Assembly: GCF_009914755.1 (NCBI RefSeq)
Contig: NC_060937.1
Length of the DNA: 64,000 nucleotides
From: the human T2T-CHM13v2.0 reference genome, Homo sapiens
Direction: 5' to 3' (one strand)
This document shows positions 54,202 to 64,000 of this stretch, in pieces; position 1 is the stretch's first letter, and the number at the start of each line of letters is the position of its first letter. The translations under genes and the position numbers were made by a program. The notes under the pieces are model-generated. The model saw only the letters and a program-made list of their open reading frames with translations, was not told where the DNA came from and ran no database searches.

Positions 54202-57169
54202 GCTATGTTACAGACAAGAAAGTGCCTATCAAATATAGACACCTCTATTCTGGTTGTGGGCTCAGGAATCAGTTGCCATTGGGCTAACGCAATAGAAAAT
54301 TCAAATCTCCTGTTTTGTGCTTGATTTGCAGAACTCAACTATACCTACAACTTTGGGGCTAAGGAGTCTCATACATATAGTGTTTTGCTTCTCAGTACTG
54401 GTGAAAAGAAAAGCATACCAGAAAGATACTAAAAAGAATACTGAGCAAGCCAAACCACAGAACTTGCTACAAAATGGTGTAGTGATTTGTGCATTTCCTG
54501 TTTAGTAAATGAAGAAGTCAGGACTAAAATGTTTAAAAAAAAAAAAAGAGTAAGGTAAATCTGCAAATTCTCTGATTTTGTGATTTTATATTTACATATT
54601 CTATTGCATAATACAAAATTGAGTGATTAATAAAAGGAAATATTCACAGGAAAATGATGAACAGATTAATGAAAATATTTTTTAAACCTAGAGTTTCACA
54701 GAGAAAACACCACACTTTAATAATTAACTAGAAGGCTGTGATTTTAATTATTGCATGTATTGATGCCTTGCTCGTCACCATTGTTTGGTATAATGGCAAG
54801 AAAATCTATCTGAAAAATAGACACTTCCGAGAGCCATAGTTACTTGTGCCAAACCCATCTCCACTTTCTCCATACTAATTTGCATTGTGAGAAGTTGAAT
54901 AACTTCTTAGACCTTAAGACTTTCATATATAAAAGAAAAACTTATAGAAATTAAAAACTAAAAACTAGACAACTTTTAAAATTTCCCTACTTTGAATGAG
55001 CGTCAAAAATAATATTAGTACAAACTATAATATTGAAATTAATTTAAGCACTATAACTCCCTGGAAAAAAATCAATAATCCTAATAAAACTAGAATTTCT
55101 TAATATGCAATTTTTTTAATTTAATGCAGGATATGCTGTCTTTACTAATAAGAGGGTATTTGTATTTGATTTTAAAATTCACTTTCTTAACTAGGCAGTT
55201 AATACATACTGACAATATGTTATAAAGCTGTTGAAACACATCTCAATTTCTATGCAATTTGTATGGCATAAAATCATAGAAAAAGATATTTTATTTCCCA
55301 ATAGAGGTTTCTGGTTTTTCACACTGAAATATAACTTTAAATGTAGAGAAATTTATTAGGCTGAGATAATTTGATGAAATTTCATATTTTTACACACATC
55401 TACGTATTATAATCTGACTCTATGTTAATAAATTGTACTCAGGCTGTATATTTACTTATCAGTCATGCATATGCCAGAGGGGAGCACTTTGTGCATTTGC
55501 CAGCTCCCAGATGTTGCATTAGATACATATTCTACTCTCAGCTGACAAACTAGACTTAATACATGTATTTGGTGTCACTGAGTTTTAGTAATGCAAGTAA
55601 AATTTTGTTTCAGCTGATTTAGTTGCAAATGGCTAAATAGGTTAACCATCTGGATATCACAGACTCTAAATCAAGCCAGTGTTGACCCCTCAAAATATAC
55701 CTATCTTGAGACTTCTTCTATTAAGCCATTCTGCAAAATTATCCTATTATCCTTTCAATTATCTTATTGTAATGTTTCTTTAATCATCAATTAAAAGGGC
55801 AGGAAATATAAAATTAAATGAAACAACTCAATTCTAATGGGTTTTAAATATTTAAAGAGCTGTAGTAACTTGATTTATTTAAGTTATTGTTCTTTTGTTT
55901 GTGGATTTGTGAGTTATTAAGACATGCTTTAGCTCATTTAAATGACTTTTTGGCTGTGGGAATTTTAATTTAAGAAAACTTTTCATGTAAGTAGCAGTAA
56001 TGCTTCTGAGTAACCTCAATGGATTTCAGATCATTTGTATGGTTTTAGAATCATGTTATTTTTAACAATAAAAAAATGATATGACAATATGTATTCTAAC
56101 CTAACAAGAATGATAAAGTTTAATTTTATAGAAAATATCATTCTATAATATCTACAAAATTGGTAGTGGTGTGTGTACCTTTAAATCATTGATAGTATGC
56201 TCCTCCTTAATACAAACTAATGTAACACGTATACCTTAGCTATTAGGAAAATTACTTTCTCTTTTGTTGTAATATATATGGAATAATGGTAATTAAACAC
56301 GCACAAATAAAGACATATTTTTATTTATGAGAAACAGCTCAAATTTTTCTGGCTCCATTTTCCGAAATGTTTCCTAAAATATTATGGCTGATCTTTTTAA
56401 CTATTTATTTACATCAAGCTTAATACTTAAAAGTAAAATTCTAACCATTCCAATGTAAAGTCTTGACAAAAACTTTAAAATGTAGACTCAATTAATTGAG
56501 CATAAACCCTTTGTTTATGCTATTGAATATCATCATTCCAATGTGCTATATTATTTACCTAAGTAGAAATTTATATCAGTTCAGGATAGTGGTATTTTCT
56601 TACTGAGTGTCTCTTCATTTACTGTGAAGAATACCTGTGAGCTGTGCAGTACTCTACTACTATTGATAAGGCAATGAACAAAATAGATGACTTACTTGGT
56701 TTTACAGAGTAAAAGTAAGAGAATTCTATACCACAGATTGTGCAATGTAAATTTGCAGACATTTTTAACCTGTTTATTCACAAATTTAAGGATACCTTGA
56801 AGTAGCAATAGAATCACTAAACAGTAGTAAAAATAGAATATGCATGAGAACTTCAATTCTTTTCTGAAATAGATTTATGATAATAAGGGAAACAACTAGA
56901 GACTTTAAGCTGAGCAATTCTTTAACCTTGAATCTTGTTCTAGCTTATATTGTAGCATGCTATTATCATATTACAGTTTATCAACAAATGCAGCTGGATG
57001 GGTAAATAATATAAGAAGTTATTGAATAATGGAGAAATACATGAGGAGAGCAGTCTTGGTGCCTCTTCTAACTGATCATGCTGAAATGACAAGTATGTTT
57101 TTATATGTTTACAACCCACATACTATGCGCAAGTTTCATGACACTATCCTCAGAGTCTTTATACCGGGT

Positions 57170-57933
57170 TGTGTTGTATGGACGTGGCTAAGACTGGTGT
57201 CTCATGTTAAGTTTCCTGAAAATAGACATTGAGATGAGAATTTGAAGTCACGATATCAATTGGACAGTTTTCTTAGAATACCTCAACAATATTTCAACCA
57301 TACCTCAATAAAAGTGAGAGGCATGAATATGCAATAGAAAAGGCTGAACTTTAATGCAGATACAAGAGAGTGGTCCGAGGATCCCGTACGGTGTTCTAAA
57401 GCGGAAATCTCCCTTCAAAGATGTTGCAAATAAAAACAAGGGGTTTATAAGAAGACAAAACCAAATACTGCACATTCTCACTCATAAGTGGGAGCTGAAC
57501 AATGAGAACACATGGACACAGGGAGGGGAACATCACACACTGGGGCCTGTCACAGGGTTGGGGGGCAAGGGGAAAGAGAGCATTAGGAGAAATACCTAAT
57601 GCATGCAGGGCTTAAAACCTAGATGATGGGTTGATAGGTGCAGCAAACCACCATGGCACATGCACATGTATGTAACAAACCTGCACGTTCTGCATATGAA
57701 TCCTGGAACTTAAAATATAATTAAAAAAAGAAAAAAAGGGGGGTCAGGCCTTTCTACTCAAACATCCACAACATTCATCACAGAGTGTAGCTGAAGTTTG
57801 GATGGTATAAAACCTTTATTCTGGAGACGATTTGAGGGGAGACAATCAGCATTGCACCATCAGCAGTTTTCCATCTGAGGTGGCTCAGTCTTGAAGAGGA
57901 AAATCAGTGAAGCAAACTATAATCTGTACTATA
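57170..57933 (-). mobile_element. LTR16-like ERVL LTR split by L1PA8, probably followed by decayed internal sequence to about 62170
   Basis: gtttcctgaaaatagacattgagatgagaattt...ggatcccgtacggtgttct...cccttcaaagatgttgc[L1]caggcctttctactc...cagtcttgaagagga. Confidence 0.5.
57456..57730 (+). mobile_element. L1PA8-like 3' UTR fragment
   Basis: aaatacctaatgcatgcagggcttaaaacctagatgatgggttgataggtgcagcaaacc; degenerate TSD aaaaacaaggggt / aaaaaaaggggggt. Confidence 0.92.
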
Positions 57934-58400
57934 CTATACTCCTCATCCTGCTCAGATACACTAATTTAATGTAAATGTATATGAAAGTTTACTTATTTCA
58001 TAAGTTTATAACTTACGAAAATTTTCTCCAGCATTCTGGCAGGTCTCCCTTCTTAGGAAATACTAAAATATATTAGTAAGAGAAGATACAATCCCTGCCT
58101 CAGAATTTGGCTATGGGGTCAAAACTAAGCTCAAGTTTTCATCCTTATACTATAAGGTCTAGATTACCTCTTTTAATAAGTAGCACTTTTATAGGCTTTG
58201 GCAGCTTATCAGGTGGGGTGACTCTGCCACTAATCACTGATTTGTCTGTTTCTCTGGTCACCATGCACTTCATAGGACATAAATCACACATTTATATTTT
58301 TTCCATCAAAATTAGGCAAGATTATTTCAAGAGATGTACTAAAGGATTGCCAACATGACAAATATATTCTTAACTCCCCCAGGTTTGAAATAAACAACAA

Positions 58401-58688
58401 GCCGGGCGCGGTGGCTCACGCCTGTAATCTCAGCACTTTGGGAGGCCTAGGCGGGCAGATCACGAGGTCAGGAGATCAAGACCACGGTGAAACCCCATCT
58501 CTACTAAAAATACAAAAAATTAGCTGGGTGCGGTGGCGGGTGCCTGTAGTTCCAGCTACTCGGGAGGCTGAGGCAGGAGAATGGCGTGAACCTGGAAGGC
58601 GGAGCTTTCAGTGAGCCGAGATAGCACCACTGCACTCCAGCCTGGGCGACAGAGCGAGACTCCGTCTCAAATAATAATAATAATAAAT
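58401..58688 (+). mobile_element. AluY with 12-bp left-monomer deletion (AluYd-type), (TAA)n tail
   Basis: gagatcaagaccacggtgaaacc in place of gagaccatcctggctaacacggtg; TSD aaataaacaacaa at 58388-58400 and 58689-58701. Confidence 0.92.
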
Positions 58689-58821
58689 AAATAAACAACA
58701 ACAAAAAAGCTACAAACTTCCTAATGTGAAGTATGTAAAACTCCTGGCAGGTTGGTGACTAATTTTCTTGCCTCCAAAAAAAAAACAAAAACAAAAAAAA
58801 AACCACTCCCTATTACCAAGA

Positions 58822-61283
58822 GCGATTCATCCCAGGGATGCAATGATGGTATAACACATGGAAATTAATAAATATAACATAGCAAATTCACAGAAAGGAC
58901 AAAAACTATATGATTGTCTCTGCAATGCAGAAAAAGCATTTGACAAACTTCAAATATTCTTTCACGACAAAAACTCTGAAGAAATTAAACATGAAATGTG
59001 CATACCTCAACACAACAAAAGCCATATAAGACATTTCAACAGTTAACATGATACCAAATGAAAAAAAATTGAAATCTTTTCTCTAAAATCAGAAACAAGA
59101 CAAGGATGCTACTTTCACCAATTCTATCCTTCACAGTACTGGATGTCAGTCTCAGCCAGAGTAATCATGCAAGAGAAAGAAATAAAAGGCACCTAAATAC
59201 GAAAGGGGGAAGTCAAATTGTCCCTGTTTGCAGATGAAATAATTTTGTATTTAGAAAACCCTAAAGACTACCAAAAAACTATTAGAAATAATAAATGAAT
59301 TTAATAAAGTGGCAGAATAAAACATTAACATATGAAAGTCAATAGGTTTTCTATATGCTAATAGTAAACTGTCTGAAAAAGAAATCAATAAAACCATCCC
59401 ATTTAGAATAGCTCCAAAAAAAAATAGGATACCTGGAAATAAATATAACCCAGTAGGTAAAAGTTCTCTGCACTGAAACTGTAAAACACTGATGAAAAAA
59501 AAATTGAGGAGAGCACAAATAAGTGGAAAGATATCTCATGTTCATTACCTGGAAGAATTAATGTTACTAAAATGGGTAAACTACTCAAAGTGATCTACAG
59601 ATTCAATGCAATCCCTATCAAAACAGTAATAACATTCTTTACAGAAAGAGAAAAAAATCCAAAAATTTATATGAAACCACAAATGACCCAAATAACCAAC
59701 ACAATCTTAAAAAAAAAAGCTGGAACCATTACACTACCTGACTTCAAAATACATGACAAAGCTGTAGTAACCAAATGGCATGATATTATCATAAAAACAG
59801 ACACATGGACCAATTAAACAGAATAGAAAGTCAAGAAATAAATTCACCCACTTACAGCCCACGGATTTTTGACCAAGGTTCAGGAAACACACATTGAGAA
59901 AAGGACAGTCTCTTTAGTAAATGGTGTTGGGAAAATTGGATATTGAAATGCAAAATAATGAAACTAGACCCTTATCTTTCACCATATACAAAGATCAACT
60001 CAGAATGGATTAAAGACTTAAATGTAAGACCTGAAATTATAAAACTTCTAGAAGAAAACATAGGGTAAATGATTCACAACATTGGACTAGGCAAAGATTT
60101 TTTTGGATAAGACCTCAAAAGCATAGGCAACAAAAGCAAAAATAGACAAATGAGATTACCTCAAACTAAAAATCTTCTGCACAGCAAAAGAAATATCAAC
60201 ATAGTGAAGAGACAACCTATAGAATGAGAGAAAATATTTGCAAACAATACACCTGACAAAGTGTTAACATCCAGAAGCGAAAACAACTCAATACAAAAAA
60301 AAAAATCTAAATTAGAATGGTCAAAAGGCCTTAATAAGCATTTTTCAAAAGGAGACATACAAATGACCAAGAGCTATATGAAAAAAATGCTCAACATCAC
60401 CAATCATCAAGGAATTGCAAATCAAAACCACGATGAGATATCACTTCATTCCAGTTAGAATTGCTATTATCAAAAAGACCAAAAAAAATGTTGGTTAGGG
60501 TGTGGGAAAACTTGAACTTTTACACACTATTGGTGGGAATGTAAATTAGAACAGCCATTATGGAGAATAGTACGGAGGTTCCTCAAAAAACTTTTGAAAA
60601 TTACCATATATAATGGCAATCCCTCTATAGTATATATCCAGGTGAAATGAAATTCGTATGTCAAAGAGATATCTGTACTCCTATGTTTACTGCAACACTA
60701 TTCACAATAGCCAAGATATGGAATCATCCTAAGTGTCCAACAACAGATGAATGGACAAAGAAAATGTGGGATATATACACAATGGAATATTATTTTAAAA
60801 AATCATATTCTATTATTTGCAACAACATGGATAAACCTACAGAACATTATGTTAAGTGAAATAAGTCAGACACAGAAAGAAAAATATCAAATATTCTCAC
60901 TCATATGCAGAATCTAAAAAAGTTGATCTTGTGGAAGTAGTGAATGAAACAATGGTTATCAGAGATTAAGGAGTGCAGGGAGAAGTGGGGCCTGGGGACA
61001 GAATGGTCAACAGTTACAAAGTTAGAAAGAAAGAATAAGTTCTGTTGTCTCATTGAACAATAAGGTGACTGTAGTCAACAATAAGGTAGTGTACATCTCA
61101 AAATAGGGAGCAGAGAGAATTTTGTATTTTCTTGCCACAAGGAAATGATGAATGTTGGAGGTGATCAATATGCTGATTACCCTGATTTGATTATACACAA
61201 AGTGCACATGTATCAAAATAATACATAGTACTCCATAAATATGTGAGATTATTACTTGTCAGTTGAAAACATAAAGAAAAAAA
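58822..61283 (+). mobile_element. 5'-truncated L1MA (L1MA3-5-like), ORF2 RT-to-end plus 3' UTR, about 2.45 kb
   Basis: ORF-track fragments [24 protein letters not shown]...[16 protein letters not shown] and RDICTPMFTATLFTIAKIWNHPKCP; 3' end ctgattaccctgatttgattatacac. Confidence 0.93.
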
Positions 61284-61651
61284 GGTTGAATGAGAGTCTT
61301 GCTATGCCTTCTAGCAGGAGCTTTCTACCACTAGATCTGTTGCAATTAGAGGTGAGTGGACAGATTAGTCCTTGGGAAAGATGCTAAACTGGGATATTTT
61401 TATTTCCACCCTTTATTTTTTGGACTTGCATTTTGTTGATAATGGAAATATGTACCACCACATAATGCATCGGTAAATGGTAGCTCACCCTTGAAGGTTT
61501 TCATCATCAAGTTGTTACCACACCTGTGCTTTAAAAAGTCTCCATGCGTTTCTAACATGAAACTACCAAAACTTTACTGATGCGGTGTTGTGTGATTATT
61601 CTGTGGACAATGGACTCCTACCCTAAATTTAGTTTAGACATCTGACCATAT

Positions 61652-61983
61652 TGATGATGCCATATATACACATAATCTGAGATACAAAAAAGTTTAATAT
61701 TTACATTATGTGACTTTCCAAGGAAAGCAGGGTGGCTCCTAGGCAGGTCTGAAGATCTTGAGAATCCAAGGAGACTTGCTTAAAGATTTTATGGTGATTA
61801 CAGAGTAAGGTTCCAGTGACAATCCCCTGAACGTGGTTTTAATACTCACTGGCACCGAAGGAGAGAGCATTAAGGTTTTCTTATCAACTTGTTCAGATAT
61901 GCAGCATAGGGAAGGGAAAGGTATGAAAATTAAAATCTATCAGCAGCCAAACATTAACAAATGGAGACAGACTCTTCATTACA
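61652..61983 (-). mobile_element. ERVL solo LTR, LTR52-like
   Basis: Reverse start tgtaatgaagagtctgtctccatttgttaatgtttggctgctgatag; tg...ca termini. Confidence 0.55.
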
Positions 61984-62170
61984 GGTGGTGAGCTCCTGAA
62001 TCTTCACAGATTCATATTTATCTCCCAGGCTCTGAAGAACACACATTTTAACAAGCTCTCCAATGTATTTGCCAATTATTGCTCATCTAATCAAGTTAAC
62101 AAAATGTCATTCATGTTAAGATGATACTTTATGGAATATACATATTATGGGTATATGTCCCTTCAAACTG

Positions 62171-63349
62171 CAGTCATGCACTGCAAAATAGTTTTCCAAT
62201 CAATGCAACACATATACTACATTGATCCCATAATATTATAATGCAGCTGATAAATTTTTATCACGAGGTGACATCAGAGCTATTGTAACACTGTAGTGCA
62301 ATGCATTATTCATGTATCTGTGGAAATGCTGGTGTAAATAAACCTACTGTGCTTCCAGTCATATAAAAGTACAGCACATACATTTATGTACAGCAAATAA
62401 TATTTGATAATGATAATAAACAACTATGGTACTGGTTTATATATTTATTTTACCATACTTTTAAATTACTATTTTCAACTTACACAAAAAAGTTAATTCT
62501 GATACGGTCGTAGGCAGGTCCTTCAGGAGGTACTCCAGAAGAAAGCTTTGTTAGCATAGGTGATGACAGCTCCATGTATGTTATTTCCCCTGAAGACCTT
62601 CCAGTAGGACACAACGTAAAGATGGAAGATAGTGATATTGACGATACTGCCCTATGTTGACCTAGGCTAATGTGTGTGTGCACTTGTGTCTTAGGTTTTA
62701 ACAAAATATTTTAAAAGTTAATAAAAAGAAAAAACATATAAAACAAGAATACAAAGAAGGAAAATATTTTTGTACAGCTGTACAATGTGTTTGTGCTTTA
62801 AGATGTGTTTTTTTAAAGAGTCAAGAAGTTAAAAAATGACTTAGTTTATAAGGTTAAAAGTTATAGTAATCTAAAGTTAATGTATTGGTAAAGCAAATTT
62901 TTTTCATCAACTTAATTTAGCCTAAGTGTACGCGTTTTGAAAGTCTACAGTAGGGTTCAGTAATGTCCTAAGCCTTCACATTCACTCACCATTCAGTTGC
63001 TCAGTGATTTACCCAGAGAATATTCCAGTACTGCAAGCTCCATTCATGGTAAGTGCCCTATACAGGTGTAGCATTTTTCGTCTTTTATATAATATTTTTA
63101 CTTTACCTTTTCTATGTGTAGATATACAAATATTTATTGTTGTGTTACAGTAGCCTATAGTATTTAGTACAGTAACATATTGCACAGGTCTGTAGCCTAG
63201 GAGCAATAGGCTATACCATATAGCCTAGGTGTATAGTAGGCAATACCATCTAGGTTAGCCTAAGTACACTCTATGAATATTGCACAATGATGGTAATGCT
63301 TAGAAACACATTTCTTAGAACTATCCCGCAATTAAGTGAAGCATGACTG
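62171..63349 (+). mobile_element. Tigger3b (Golem) non-autonomous DNA transposon
   Basis: TIRs cagtcatgc... / ...gcatgactg; internal ctggtgtaaataaacctactgtgcttccagtcatataaaagtacagcacatac and ctgtagcctaggagcaataggctataccatatagcctaggtgt; about 1.18 kb. Confidence 0.92.
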
Positions 63350-63863
63350 TGTATTATGACTGAAGGCAGGACATTTAACATAGGTAGCCCTACAGTAGAA
63401 CTGTAAATGTAAACTGTTAGCTGTCCCACTTAATGTTTAAATTGTCTTATCTTTATTCCTGATAGGGATGGAAAATAAGGCATTTGACAGATTACAAACA
63501 GCACACATTGTACCAGAGATCCTGTTAATGTGCTTTCTCAAATATAGCTTGCTGCACAACATTTGCACTTAAAGCTTCCCTTTGCTTGAGTCTGTGGTAC
63601 TCTACTTTCATCATCTAGACAATGTATCAATTTTGGAAAAGTTACAGTGATGAATTACATGGAGAAATTAGGGTACTACTAACTGTTGATATTTTAGGTC
63701 ATTAAAGTAGGTAATAATGTCTGTCATCTCTCTTGGATGTAATATTTTTATTTTACAATTTTATCGTATAACATTCATGATGGGGGAATCAGTTCAGAGC
63801 CTTCCAGTTGACTTTTCCCACTATTATAGACTTAACTCACTCTCCAAGGAAACAGTGCATGTT

Positions 63864-63904
63864 GTGTATGTGTGTGTGTCTCTGTGTGTGTGTGTTTGTG
63901 TGTG
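63864..63904. repeat. (TG)n microsatellite, imperfect
   Basis: gtgtatgtgtgtgtgtctctgtgtgtgtgtgtttgtgtgtg. Confidence 0.9.
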
Positions 63905-64000
63905 CAGAGCCGGGGACATGTTCTGTCAACTACCAAGAATGTAATTCTAATCATAGATTTCTCAGTTGGGAATAATAAGATCTGGTCTAGGAATTTATTT

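Noticed and set aside
62480-63206. Transposase ORF in the Tigger element
   Set aside because: At about 1.2 kb it is an internally deleted non-autonomous form; the ORFs are short, antisense and show no DDE motif.

Overview
Primate genomic DNA, most likely human or another hominoid, judged from AluY/AluYd, L1PA, THE1/MST and LTR2 elements. The window is visibly AT-rich and CpG-poor, like a gene desert or large intron. I find no protein-coding gene, tRNA, rRNA or CRISPR array. The supplied ORFs are all short and are chance frames, Alu or microsatellite read-throughs, or broken L1 ORF2 pieces. Much of the window is transposable-element debris: L1PA/L1PB/L1M LINEs, ten Alu-family copies, MaLR, ERV1 and ERVL LTR elements, L2/MIR, and MADE1, MER58A and Tigger3b DNA transposons. 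I cannot support a new biological system here. The most unusual features are rearrangement signatures read from the sequence. (i) A 60-bp inverted duplication with an internal micro-inversion lies at 53970-54201. (ii) A 114-bp tract looks gene-converted between convergent, nested THE1D and MSTA elements. (iii) An old L1MA insertion appears to carry both a 3' transduction and a 5' inversion. (iv) A consensus-identical, 5'-truncated AluY may be polymorphic. (v) There are two further twin-primed L1 inversions. Subfamily names come from remembered consensus sequences and need RepeatMasker/Dfam confirmation.
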